Shown here: positions 28,604-39,625 of the stretch, piece after piece
Layout of the letters: each line of letters opens with the position of its first letter
How positions within the stretch are numbered: the first letter of the stretch is position 1
NCBI GenBank assembly: GCA_045047115.1
Contig: JASFYR010000034.1
Location: 1 to 39,625, forward strand
DNA length: 39,625 nucleotides
Source of the DNA: Sulfurospirillum sp.
GTDB taxonomy: Bacteria > Campylobacterota > Campylobacteria > Campylobacterales > Sulfurospirillaceae
Reading direction: 5' to 3'
Program-made: the position numbers and the translations under genes
The notes under the pieces: model-generated
Told to the model about the DNA's origin: nothing
What the model saw: only the letters and a program-made list of their open reading frames with translations
Database searches by the model: none

Positions 28604-29467
28604 CTAGCTCTCTCTTAATTCTTTATATTCTGTTGGGATTAGATAGTCCTCTACCTCCAATTTTGCATCATAAAAGCCATGTTTATATCCCAGTTCAAAA
28701 AGTTTATCTATCGCTTTATACTGTTTGTTATCCATCGTGATTGATTTGTCATTTGCATATAGATTTAGATATTTTTCCAGTGTTTTGCCATCCACCCTTA
28801 TAAGATCTCTCTCCAAGAGCATCTTTGAGAGTAGTTTTTGGTGGGTGTGCGCTACTTCTACAGCCTTTGTCAGTATATCTTCATACTCTATGGCTTGATT
28901 TAGAGGGATAGAGCGACGGATTGCCATGCCACCTAGCGGCAGTGGCAGGTCATCTTTGCAAAGCTCTCTCCATATGTCCCAAAGTTCTCTCTGGACTTCG
29001 AGTTTTTCACTAAAATCCAATATGCTCTCGTGTATCAAAACTCCTGCATCTACTTCACCGTTTAAGACAGAGTTCTCAATTTCTAAAAAATTTTTATATA
29101 CAATCCTTGCATCTGGATATGCTATTTTGAAAAGCAGTGCATTTGTTGTGTTTTCACCACTAAGGGCAACTTTAAAATTTCTTTTTAATTTTTTGCCCTT
29201 AATTTTTATAACTTTTGGACCATAGCCTTCGCCAAAACTAACAGCAGTGCGAAGTAGTGCATATTCATCTCTTATCTTTGGATAGAGACCAAAGCTTATA
29301 GCTGTTATATCATAGATATTTTGCAAAGCTTTTTGGTTTAGAGTCTCTATGTCGAGTGCGATATTTTCAAATTTCAGATTTTTTATGGTGGTCCAGCCAA
29401 ATTTAATGGCAAAATACATAAAGATATCGTCAGCATCGGGAGAGTGAGCTACAGTAATATTTCTCAA
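28604..29467 (-). CDS. mqnD: Futalosine-pathway menaquinone biosynthesis protein, MqnD-type
   Basis: AHSPDADD, DIETLN, SFGEGYGP, GVLIHE, LPLPLGG; TTG start; adjacent to fliQ-murB. Confidence 0.8.
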   Translation of the reverse strand: MRNITVAHSPDADDIFMYFAIKFGWTTIKNLKFENIALDIETLNQKALQNIYDITAISFGLYPKIRDEYALLRTAVSFGEGYGPKVIKIKGKKLKRNFKVALSGENTTNALLFKIAYPDARIVYKNFLEIENSVLNGEVDAGVLIHESILDFSEKLEVQRELWDIWRELCKDDLPLPLGGMAIRRSIPLNQAIEYEDILTKAVEVAHTHQKLLSKMLLERDLIRVDGKTLEKYLNLYANDKSITMDNKQYKAIDKLFELGYKHGFYDAKLEVEDYLIPTEYKELRES

Positions 29468-29564
29468 GTGTAATCCTAGTGTATTGATATGCTAAAATTA
29501 TACTCGCTTTTTTATAAAAAGCTTCTTTTAGGTATAATAAGATGCTAAAAAGCAAGGAAAATAT

Positions 29565-29666
29565 ATGTCATATGTGATTATGGGGATAATAGTTGTTTTT
29601 GTCATCTCTCTACTGGTTATTGGTTTTATTATGGATGGAGAAAATGAGGAGGATAAAGAGGAGTAG
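29565..29666 (+). CDS. 33-aa small single-pass membrane protein (not in ORF track)
   Basis: MSYVIMGIIVVFVISLLVIGFIMDGENEEDKEE*; TATAAT at 29533-29538 and SD AAGGA upstream. Confidence 0.65.
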   Translation: MSYVIMGIIVVFVISLLVIGFIMDGENEEDKEE

Positions 29667-29714
29667 TATAAAGGGATTTTCAAGCACAAAATGATAAAAT
29701 AAATAAAAATTATA

Positions 29715-29833
29715 TAGACTTTTTTCAATACTTGTATTTGAGAGGCTCTGTAACCGATAGGTCGAAATCTTTGATTTTGGAGATACCCGTCGCGTGAAGC
29801 TTGAGTGATAATACGAGTATTGAAAAAAGTCTA
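29715..29833 (+). repeat. Long inverted repeat (24-bp arms) enclosing a 71-nt structured core in the recA leader
   Basis: TAGACTTTTTTCAATACTTGTATT (29715-29738) pairs with AATACGAGTATTGAAAAAAGTCTA (29810-29833), one G-U pair on the + strand. Confidence 0.88.
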
Positions 29834-29849
29834 ACAAACAAGGAAATTT

Positions 29850-32140
<2,291 letters not shown>

Positions 32141-32145
32141 AGTAG

Positions 32146-32412
32146 ATGAGTAAGATTTTAAGTGAGTTTGAAAATGGAGGCAGTAAAAAAAGCGAAAGCG
32201 TTTTTTATGTCAAAATTTTCTTTCTTGCTTTAGTGGTTGTCTTTTTTGGCATTTATGTAGGTGATATTTTGTTTGGCAAAAGCTCTTTAGAGGTCCTTTT
32301 GGATTTGCAACAGAGCAGAGATAATCTAAAACAAAATGTTAAGATTATAAAAGAAAAAAATGCTCTTTTGCAAAAAGAGTATTTTGAACTTAAACAGTTG
32401 GAGCCGAATTAA
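32146..32412 (+). CDS. Septum-formation initiator (FtsB/DivIC-like) membrane protein
   Basis: One TM helix followed by FGKSSL and a short leucine-zipper coiled coil; directly after eno. Confidence 0.7.
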   Translation: MSKILSEFENGGSKKSESVFYVKIFFLALVVVFFGIYVGDILFGKSSLEVLLDLQQSRDNLKQNVKIIKEKNALLQKEYFELKQLEPN

Positions 32413-32420
32413 GGAGATTG

Positions 32421-33074
32421 ATGAAAATTTTACAACTTTTTTTACTGTTGGGTGTTTTGTGTTTTGCGAGAGACAATCCTTTTGCTCCTGTAGAAAATAT
32501 TGCCAAATTTACACAACTGCCCAAACAGGATAAGCATTTTAAAAAAGCAGATTTTTCCTTGCCCGACAGCGCTAGAGTTTTGAAGAAAGTCGATGTTTAC
32601 TATCAAAATTTAGACGGCTCAATTTCACGCCGTGTTGTTCAAATAGATAAAAAGATTGATTGGCATGATGAATTTATGCTGACCTATAAAAAAGATTTAC
32701 AAAATCAAAAAAAGGCAAAGAGAACAACTCTTCTTACTGCTGAAAAAACACAACAAAATCAATCTGAAAATGAGATAAAAAGTTTTAAATACAAAGGCTT
32801 TATATCCTTTAAGGTTGGCAAAAAGCGGTTGGAGATTTTTACAAAGGACAGAAAAATACGAGATTTTATGGTGGATAAACCATATAAGATAGTGATAGAC
32901 TTCAAAAGGGATACAAATTTTCTAACTAAAAGCTTCAAAGTGGATATGCCACCTTTTGTATCCATAGTTTTAGGAAATCACGATAAATACTACAGGGTTG
33001 CGATAGAGCTCGATGGACAATATGTGTATAGCTTAAAAAAAGCCAAGGGTGATTATATAGTCACCCTTAAGTAG
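32421..33074 (+). CDS. Periplasmic AMIN-domain protein
   Basis: Signal peptide (CFA-RDNPF), C-terminal PYKIVIDF...GNHDKYYRVAIELD; SD AAGGAG. Confidence 0.8.
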   Translation: MKILQLFLLLGVLCFARDNPFAPVENIAKFTQLPKQDKHFKKADFSLPDSARVLKKVDVYYQNLDGSISRRVVQIDKKIDWHDEFMLTYKKDLQNQKKAKRTTLLTAEKTQQNQSENEIKSFKYKGFISFKVGKKRLEIFTKDRKIRDFMVDKPYKIVIDFKRDTNFLTKSFKVDMPPFVSIVLGNHDKYYRVAIELDGQYVYSLKKAKGDYIVTLK

Positions 33075-33076
33075 TA

Positions 33077-34357
33077 TTATTCTGCCGGTGTTCGTTCATT
33101 TGGTCCAAGATATAGTTGTCTAGGACGAGCTATTTTCATGTCTGCCTGTTCTTTTAGTTCAATCCATTGAGCAATCCACCCCGGAGCTCTTCCCATTACA
33201 AATATGACTGCAAACATCTCTTTTGGAATTTTTAGGGCATTTAATATAAGACCGGAATAAAAGTCAATATTTGGATAGAGTTTTCTTTTTACAAAATACT
33301 CATCACTTAGTGCTATTTTTTCTATCTTATTTGCGATTTCGAGTAAGCGGGAATCTATATTTAATTCATTTACAAGTTTATCTCTTAATTCCTTTAATAT
33401 GGTTGCTCTTGGATCAAAATTTTTATAGACTCTATGCCCAAATCCCATCAATCTAAACGGGTCATTTTTATCTTTTGCTTTTGCTATATATTTATCAACA
33501 TTTTCTACACTGCCTATGAGTTCCAATTGACGAATTACAGATTCGTTTGCTCCGCCATGTGCTCTTCCCCAAAGTGCACTGACTCCGGTTGATATAGCAG
33601 CGTAAGGGTGCGCCTGGGTTGAAGCGACAACCCTAACAGCAGTGGTTGAAGCATTTTGTTCGTGGTCTGCATGCAGAGTAAATATGGTGTCAAGCGCCTC
33701 TACTTCGATAGGTTTTAATTCTATATAATTATGTGGATATGCTCTTAACATAAATAAAAAATTTTCAGTAAATCCCTTCGTCAAATCAGGATATATAACC
33801 GGATGACCCTGTGAGTATCTATATGAAAAAGCAGCAATTGTGGGAATCTTGGCGATAATTCTATGTGCCATCTCTATAACTTCTTCAGGAGTATCCATAT
33901 CCAGAGAATCAGAGTAGAATGCAGAGAGCGATGCAATTGCAGAAGAAAGAATTGCCATTGGGTGGGCATTGTCCGGAAAAGCATCAAATAGTTTTTTCAT
34001 ACTTTCATTGATATAAGATCTCTTTTTCAACTCAAATTGAAATGCTTTTAGCTTTTCCTCTGAAGGTAAATCTTTGTGCAGTAATAGATAGACGACATCC
34101 AAAAAAGTTTTTTTTGTAGCAAGATAAGATATATCATATCCTCGGTACATTAATTTGCCTTTGCCACCATCTATATAAGTAATCTTGGATCTGCAGCTTG
34201 CTGTTGAAGTGAAACCTCTATCATATGTGAACATTCCTGTGTCTTTGTAAAATGTAGAGATATCTACGACACTAGGTCCCATTGTCGGGTTAAGAATGGG
34301 AAATTCATATTTTTCCCCTGTTCGATTATCTATGACACTGATACTATCTTTGCTCAT
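33077..34357 (-). CDS. gltA: Citrate synthase
   Basis: ITYIDG..G.LMYRGY, LHADHEQNAST, HGGANE, LMGFGHRVYK, YPNIDFYSG. Confidence 0.98.
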   Translation of the reverse strand: MSKDSISVIDNRTGEKYEFPILNPTMGPSVVDISTFYKDTGMFTYDRGFTSTASCRSKITYIDGGKGKLMYRGYDISYLATKKTFLDVVYLLLHKDLPSEEKLKAFQFELKKRSYINESMKKLFDAFPDNAHPMAILSSAIASLSAFYSDSLDMDTPEEVIEMAHRIIAKIPTIAAFSYRYSQGHPVIYPDLTKGFTENFLFMLRAYPHNYIELKPIEVEALDTIFTLHADHEQNASTTAVRVVASTQAHPYAAISTGVSALWGRAHGGANESVIRQLELIGSVENVDKYIAKAKDKNDPFRLMGFGHRVYKNFDPRATILKELRDKLVNELNIDSRLLEIANKIEKIALSDEYFVKRKLYPNIDFYSGLILNALKIPKEMFAVIFVMGRAPGWIAQWIELKEQADMKIARPRQLYLGPNERTPAE

Positions 34358-34445
34358 TTTTCTCTCCTTTGAACTGTTTTCTACTATATTACAAGATAAT
34401 TTATTAGAGAAAGCAAATTCTATCAGGTTATATATTTTTTTTATG

Positions 34446-35597
34446 TTATTTGTTATTTTTGTAATTTTGTGAGGTTATTTTTATGAAAATCATGACAAAT
34501 ATAACTTCAAATATACTAGCCAAAACAAAAGATAGATAGGTAAAATAATCTATGCTACTTGAGTTGTATGCTATCGTGGCAACTGCTATAAGCAGTGTCA
34601 ATGGCATGGAGTGTGACAGGGCAAAAAGAAAAATCTCTTTTTTATTTAGTATATTTATAAATACAAAAGATGCCATAACTCTTGAGCCTATCATAAGGGA
34701 TGTTATCAACAGGGCATTTAGCACCAAGCCTTCTGAAACTAAAGATTTAAGCTCAAAAGTTGAGCCTATATATATAAAAAAGATGGGAACTAAAAATCCA
34801 AATCCAAATGATGAGAGTTTTTCCGGTAGTTCTCTTTTGTGCTCAAAAAATGTGTTTATAAAAATTCCTGCTACAAAGGCACCAAAAGCAACCTCCAAAT
34901 GCAGATATAACATAACTGCTATAAGAGCAAAAAATATCGCCATAGACAGTCTGATATCTTTTTCTTCTTTGTCTGCATGAGGCATCAAAAAAGTTTTCAG
35001 TTCCGGATACCACCAAAAAAGAATTTTTAGAAGTTTAAATAACACAACCATTGAAGCAAGAAATACAATAAGATATATAATGGTTTCATAAAGTTTTACA
35101 CCAACACCAAACTCCAAAGCTGCGCCAGCCAAAGTAAGAAGTATAATGGAAGTAAGTTCGCCCATAGTGCCAACTACCATAGAGAGATTGAGCCATTTTG
35201 TATCTTTGCCATACTCTTTATAGAGGGTTAAAATCAGGCCGACAGAGAGCATGGGTAAAAGGATTATGAGGATTTTATTTAAATTAAAATAGTATATACC
35301 GACAAAAGAGATGATGTATAAAAAGATCAAGTATAAAAAACCCTCTTTGATGACTGAGCTTTTTTTGTTGGTAAAAATCCTCAGATCAACCTCCATTCCC
35401 GCCATAAACATAAGATAAAAAAACCCTACATCTGCCAGGAGTTTAAAAAGATAGTGATCGCTTAAGAAACCAAAAAATGCTGCTATCGAGCCAAATATGA
35501 TTTCGATAGCAGGGGAGGGTATATGAAAATATCTGGAAAAAAATGGAGAAGTCGAGAGAATCACCGAAATGGTGATAATGATACCTATCTCATGCAT
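34446..35597 (-). CDS. Cation:proton antiporter (CPA2-like)
   Basis: About 12 TM segments; MFMAGMEVD, GAFVAG, GFGFLVPIFFIYIG. Confidence 0.85.
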   Translation of the reverse strand: MHEIGIIITISVILSTSPFFSRYFHIPSPAIEIIFGSIAAFFGFLSDHYLFKLLADVGFFYLMFMAGMEVDLRIFTNKKSSVIKEGFLYLIFLYIISFVGIYYFNLNKILIILLPMLSVGLILTLYKEYGKDTKWLNLSMVVGTMGELTSIILLTLAGAALEFGVGVKLYETIIYLIVFLASMVVLFKLLKILFWWYPELKTFLMPHADKEEKDIRLSMAIFFALIAVMLYLHLEVAFGAFVAGIFINTFFEHKRELPEKLSSFGFGFLVPIFFIYIGSTFELKSLVSEGLVLNALLITSLMIGSRVMASFVFINILNKKEIFLFALSHSMPLTLLIAVATIAYNSSSIDYFTYLSFVLASIFEVIFVMIFIKITSQNYKNNK

Positions 35598-36435
35598 CGC
35601 AGTACGAGGCTATCTTGTATCCGGCATTTTTTATCATCTCTATATCTTTGTTTGGCTCATTTCCTTTTGTTGTAAGATAGTTGCCTATGACTATAGAGTT
35701 TGCACCGGCATCGAAGATTTTGCTCTGTTTTGTTTTAAATGTAATCTCTCTACCGCCTGCTATCATCACTCTGGTGTCTGGAAGTTCATTTCGGACATAA
35801 TTGATGATTTTAAGTGCTTCGTCTTCATTCATGGGCTCTTTTTGTATAGGAAGTGCAGGATTTGGATGAAAAAAATTCATAGGAAAAGTAAACGGATCCA
35901 GCTCTTTTATGCTTTGGACAAATGCCACTCTATCGTCTTTGCTTTCCCCAAGCCCAAATATACCACCACTTACAAGCTTTAGTCCCGCTTCCTTTACATG
36001 TAGGCAAGTTTGGTATCTCTCTTCCCAGGAGTGTGTAGTGCATAAAGTTTTGTAAAACTCTTCAGAGCTCTCTAGATTATGGTTATAAAGATCGACTCCG
36101 GCACTTTTTAGGATTTTTAATTGGTTGAGATTTGCAAGTCCGTTGCAAGCTATGATATTTAACTCTTTAACCTCTTTTTTTACAGCCTCACAAGTCCTGC
36201 AAACAAAGTCAAGTTTTTTATCGTCCAATCCCCTGCCTGAAGTTACTAAGCAAAAGCCGAGCGCACCTGTTTTTTTTGCATTTTTAGCTTCTGTGATTAT
36301 TTCGGATATATCTTTGTACTTGTATCTTTGTATATTTGCATGATGTTTTGAACTTTGAGTGCAAAATCCGCAATCTTCATTGCAACTCCCGCTTGAGATG
36401 TTGCTGATGGCGCATAAAAAAACCTCTTTTTTCAT
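35590..36435 (-). CDS. bioB: Biotin synthase
   Basis: Radical SAM CNEDCGFC, CLVTSGR, YNHNLE, GGIFGLGE, AGGRE, GANSIVIGNYLTT. Confidence 0.96.
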   Translation of the reverse strand: MKKEVFLCAISNISSGSCNEDCGFCTQSSKHHANIQRYKYKDISEIITEAKNAKKTGALGFCLVTSGRGLDDKKLDFVCRTCEAVKKEVKELNIIACNGLANLNQLKILKSAGVDLYNHNLESSEEFYKTLCTTHSWEERYQTCLHVKEAGLKLVSGGIFGLGESKDDRVAFVQSIKELDPFTFPMNFFHPNPALPIQKEPMNEDEALKIINYVRNELPDTRVMIAGGREITFKTKQSKIFDAGANSIVIGNYLTTKGNEPNKDIEMIKNAGYKIASYCDA

Positions 36436-38501
36436 TACGCATCCTCTTTATATTTGCATTTTGGGCACTCAAAAATCTGTTTTTTTCTTAGCTCTCTGGT
36501 TATCATCATTTCATCACACTCGGGACATTTTTTATTTGTTGGTTGGTATGTAGAGACAAATTTACACTTTGGATAGTTTGTGCAACCGTAAAACTTTCCT
36601 CTACGGGAAAATCTCTCTACTATATCGCCTCCACAAAGAGGACACTTGACCCCCTCAACTATGACTTTTGCTTTTTTTTCTGTTTTACCTAGATTTTTAG
36701 TATATTTGCATTTTGGGAAGGCACTACAAGAGATAAACTCTCCAAATCGACCTTTTCTTTTGACCAGTTCTTCGCCACACTCGGGACATTTTTCACCGAT
36801 GGGAATCACAACTTTGAGGCTTTTTATATTTTTTTTGCCTTTTTCTATATTTTCCATAAAAGGTGTATAAAAATCACCAAGTGTCTTTTGCCAGTCCGCC
36901 TTGTCTTCTGCGATGAGGTCAAGTGTCTCTTCCATGTCCGAGGTAAAAGAGCTGTCAACTACTCTTGGAAAATTCTTCTCCAAAAGATCTATAACAGTGA
37001 AGGCTATCTCTGTTGGAATTATCTGTTTTTTCTCTATGGTTATGTAGCTCCTTGCTACAAGCGTGGAGACAGTCGGGGCATAGGTTGAAGGACGACCTAT
37101 GCCTAAAGATTCCAGCTTTTTGATAAGACTTGCTTCGCTATATCTTGAAGGTGGCTCGGTAAAGTGTTGGTTTGCTTCTAGTTTGCTCAATTCTACCTCT
37201 TCGTAAGTTTTTAAGTCTGGCAAAAGTTTGTCTTTGTCACTAGCACCATAAACCCTGTAAAATCCATCAAAGAGAAGTTTTCTGCCACTTGCTTTAAACT
37301 TGCCACTTTGAGATTCAAAGATGAGTGTTTGAGACTCAAAAAGTGCACTATTCATCTGCGAAGCTAAAAATCTGTTGTATATCAAAGAGTAGAGTTTGAG
37401 TTCATCCGGTTTTAGATACTCTCTTGCTATTTGCGGTGTAAACTCTATGAGAGTTGGCCTTATGGCCTCGTGTGCTTCTTGCGCGCCTTTACTTTTTGAT
37501 TTGTAGTATTTTGGCTTGGCAGGCAGATATTTTTGTCCATAGGTATCTAGTATGTGCTCTCTTGCCTCTTCAATAGCCTCTTTTGCAACATTTAGAGAGT
37601 CTGTTCTCATATATGTAATGACTCCTTGAGTACCCTTATGAGTTTTAACACCCTCGTAGAGAGTTTGGGCCAGCATCATAGTCTTTTTAGGTGAAAAGCC
37701 AAGTACACTTGAGGCATTTTGCTGAAGTGTTGAAGTCATAAAAGAGGGACCAGGAGAGCTTTTTCTCTCTTTTTTATCAATTTTAGAGACTTTGAAATTT
37801 TCACTCTTTAGTCTGTTTTTTATCTCATTTGCTCTGTCTTTGTTTGTGATAGTCATCTTGTCTATCTTTTTTCCGTCAAACTCTACAAGCAGGGACTCGA
37901 TATTTTTATTGAAAAGGGCATCTATGCTCCAAAACTCTTGGGGATTAAAAGCTCTTATCTCTTTTTCTCGATCAACTACGATTTTTAGCGTAGAGCTTTG
38001 AACACGCCCTGCACTTAAGCCTTTTTGAACTTTTGATGCTAAAAGTGGTGAGAGTTTGTAGCCCACTATCCTATCGAGTAGCCTTCTTGTTTGCTGTGCA
38101 TTTATACTCGAAAAGTCTAGTTTGCGGGGATTGTCAAGTGCATTTTGTATGGCTGTTTTTGTTATCTCATGGAAAACGATGCGGGGAAGCTCTTCGGGTT
38201 TTTTGCCAATGGCGGTGGCTATGTGAAAACCTATGGCTTCACCCTCTCTATCCTCATCCGTCGCGATATAGACAGTATCTGCTTTTTTTGCAAGATCCTT
38301 TATCTCTTTGACTATTTTCGAGTGATCTCGTGGTGTTCTATACTCGGGAGTAAACTTTCCATCCTCTATCTTGATGCCAAAACTACTCTTTGGAAGATCT
38401 CTTACATGCCCTTTTGAGGCTATGACGGAGTAATTTCTACCTAGAAAATTTTTGATAGTTTTTGCTTTTGTCGGTGATTCGACTATGATTAAATTTTTCA
38501 T
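36435..38501 (-). CDS. topA: DNA topoisomerase I
   Basis: IVESPTK, ATDEDREGEAI, SAGRVQS, catalytic ITYMRTDS, AQEAHEAIRPT, GIGRPSTY, C-terminal Zn ribbons. Confidence 0.98.
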   Translation of the reverse strand: MKNLIIVESPTKAKTIKNFLGRNYSVIASKGHVRDLPKSSFGIKIEDGKFTPEYRTPRDHSKIVKEIKDLAKKADTVYIATDEDREGEAIGFHIATAIGKKPEELPRIVFHEITKTAIQNALDNPRKLDFSSINAQQTRRLLDRIVGYKLSPLLASKVQKGLSAGRVQSSTLKIVVDREKEIRAFNPQEFWSIDALFNKNIESLLVEFDGKKIDKMTITNKDRANEIKNRLKSENFKVSKIDKKERKSSPGPSFMTSTLQQNASSVLGFSPKKTMMLAQTLYEGVKTHKGTQGVITYMRTDSLNVAKEAIEEAREHILDTYGQKYLPAKPKYYKSKSKGAQEAHEAIRPTLIEFTPQIAREYLKPDELKLYSLIYNRFLASQMNSALFESQTLIFESQSGKFKASGRKLLFDGFYRVYGASDKDKLLPDLKTYEEVELSKLEANQHFTEPPSRYSEASLIKKLESLGIGRPSTYAPTVSTLVARSYITIEKKQIIPTEIAFTVIDLLEKNFPRVVDSSFTSDMEETLDLIAEDKADWQKTLGDFYTPFMENIEKGKKNIKSLKVVIPIGEKCPECGEELVKRKGRFGEFISCSAFPKCKYTKNLGKTEKKAKVIVEGVKCPLCGGDIVERFSRRGKFYGCTNYPKCKFVSTYQPTNKKCPECDEMMITRELRKKQIFECPKCKYKEDA

Positions 38502-38514
38502 TTTTTACCTATTT

Positions 38515-38603
38515 ATATATCAAGTTTTCTCAGACTTAAGCTTAGAAACAAATCCTCCCTTTGGTCTGAGCCTCACACTTAAGTTTGAGAAAACTTGATG
38601 TAT
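38515..38603. repeat. Long inverted repeat (26-bp arms) with conserved 21-nt core in the topA leader
   Basis: Arms 38515-38540 and 38578-38603 (2 mismatches); core CAAATCCTCCCTTTGGTCTGA at 38549-38569. Confidence 0.9.
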
Positions 38604-38722
38604 TTATAAAACTTTTTGTGAATTGTAGCGAAAACAGATAAATTTAGCTAATTTTTATCTTCCGAAAAGTTTAAAGTTTAACCCTGACCCCTTTTTGAGT
38701 ATCAAAATTATACTATGAGCAC

Positions 38723-38749
38723 TAAATTTTTTTTTTGGGTGTCCGATTT
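38723..38749 (+). promoter_or_regulatory. Sigma28 (FliA) promoter of flagellin
   Basis: TAAA(38723-38726)-N15-TCCGATTT(38742-38749), matching TAAA-N15-GCCGATAA geometry. Confidence 0.8.
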
Positions 38750-38761
38750 AGTTTGTATCAA

Positions 38762-38803
38762 TGGCAAGGATGTCACTGAAATTTACAGATAAAAGGATTT
38801 ATC
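38762..38803 (+). promoter_or_regulatory. Two AGGA-loop hairpins (CsrA-type binding sites) in the flagellin 5' UTR
   Basis: TGGCA-AGGA-TGTCA (38762-38775) and GATAAA-AGGA-TTTATC (38788-38803, contains the SD). Confidence 0.75.
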
Positions 38804-39625
38804 ATGGGTTTTAGGATAAACACAAATGTTTCGGCTATGAATGCACATATGTATTCATTAAACAACAACAAGAGGTTGAATAACACTTTGGCTCAGCTAA
38901 GCTCAGGCTTGAGAATCAACAAAGCGGCAGATGATGCTTCTGGTTTGGCGATAGCAGACAGTTTAAGATCTCAGGCAAATGGTCTAGGCCAAGCTATCAG
39001 AAATGCAAATGACGGTATAAATTTAGCTCAAACAGCTGATGGTGCTTTGGATGAGTATTCCAAAATCATCAGTACTGTGAGAACTAAAGCAATCCAAGCT
39101 GCATCTGATGGTCAGAATGTTGACTCTAGAAAGGCGATTCAGCAAGATATCAATAAACTGTTACAAGAAGCGCAAAATATTGCAAAAACGACTTCATTTA
39201 ATGGTCAAAATCTTCTTGATGGTACTTTTACAAACAAATCTTTCCATATTGGTGCTTATAAAGATGAAACTGTTGGTATTAGTATTAGTAATGTGCAGAC
39301 AAACACAATTGGTCAGCATGTGAATAAAGCAGGTGGCGATGTTAACTCTAATGCTAACAATTCCGCTGCTGCTGCTGCTTTTACAACTTCAACTACAATT
39401 AACGGTATTGCTGTAGCAGCAAGTGCAGCTGATACAACATCAGGTGCAAATACTACTGCACACTCTGCAGGTTCTGCATGGGCAAAGGCTATTTCTATCA
39501 ACTCTATAGAAAATACAACAGGTGTACATGCAACAGCAGAAACAACAGTTACTGGTTCTGCAGTTACTGGTGGTACACTGGCAGCTGGTGATTTAAAAAT
39601 CAATGGTATTGATATCGGTGCTGTT
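38804..39625 (+). CDS. flaA: Flagellin (partial, runs off window end; missing from ORF track)
   Basis: MGFRINTNV...[26 protein letters not shown]...NANDGI..QTADGAL...[10 protein letters not shown]; frame open to 39625. flaA rather than flaB inferred from the sigma28 promoter. Confidence 0.95.
   Translation, partial: MGFRINTNVSAMNAHMYSLNNNKRLNNTLAQLSSGLRINKAADDASGLAIADSLRSQANGLGQAIRNANDGINLAQTADGALDEYSKIISTVRTKAIQAASDGQNVDSRKAIQQDINKLLQEAQNIAKTTSFNGQNLLDGTFTNKSFHIGAYKDETVGISISNVQTNTIGQHVNKAGGDVNSNANNSAAAAAFTTSTTINGIAVAASAADTTSGANTTAHSAGSAWAKAISINSIENTTGVHATAETTVTGSAVTGGTLAAGDLKINGIDIGAV

Noticed and set aside
29528..29837. Minus-strand ORFs 29528-29728 and 29610-29837
   Set aside because: Antisense to the better-supported 33-aa ORF and the recA leader; no homology cues.
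39365..39379. (GCT)5 repeat in flagellin
   Set aside because: Short in-frame poly-Ala in the variable domain; no evidence of a contingency role.

Overview
AT-rich chromosomal window of a Campylobacterota (Epsilonproteobacteria) bacterium. The taxon is inferred from gene order and protein types: fbpA/rqcH-hyp-cdsA-dxr, mqnD-fliQ-murB, recA-eno-ftsB-like-AMIN, topA-bioB-antiporter-gltA, and an epsilon-type flagellin. The window starts in the 3' end of a 5S rRNA gene and ends inside a sigma28-driven flagellin gene. Between them are a Tat-exported PsrA/PhsA-type molybdoenzyme with its 4Fe-4S partner but no membrane anchor, a divergent DUF3373-type outer-membrane protein, Moco genes (moaC, mobA), two c-di-GMP proteins, a Zn-type ABC transporter with a perfect palindromic operator, sdaA, tsaD and other core genes. 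I see no transposase, phage, CRISPR or defence genes. The most unusual signal is non-coding. Four housekeeping genes (leuC, fliQ, recA, topA) carry long inverted repeats in their 5' leaders. The leuC and topA elements have unrelated arms but share an 18/21-nt identical central core in the same orientation relative to the gene, suggesting an undescribed leader-RNA or mobile hairpin family. Other points: a CTGACCCC-type repeat array with 5'-truncated units, a candidate sRNA, a 33-aa membrane ORF upstream of recA, a mobA that appears to need a non-canonical start, an apparent in-frame deletion in a Cache domain, and a T10 tract inside the flagellin promoter spacer. All family assignments are by motif recognition; no database searches were run.
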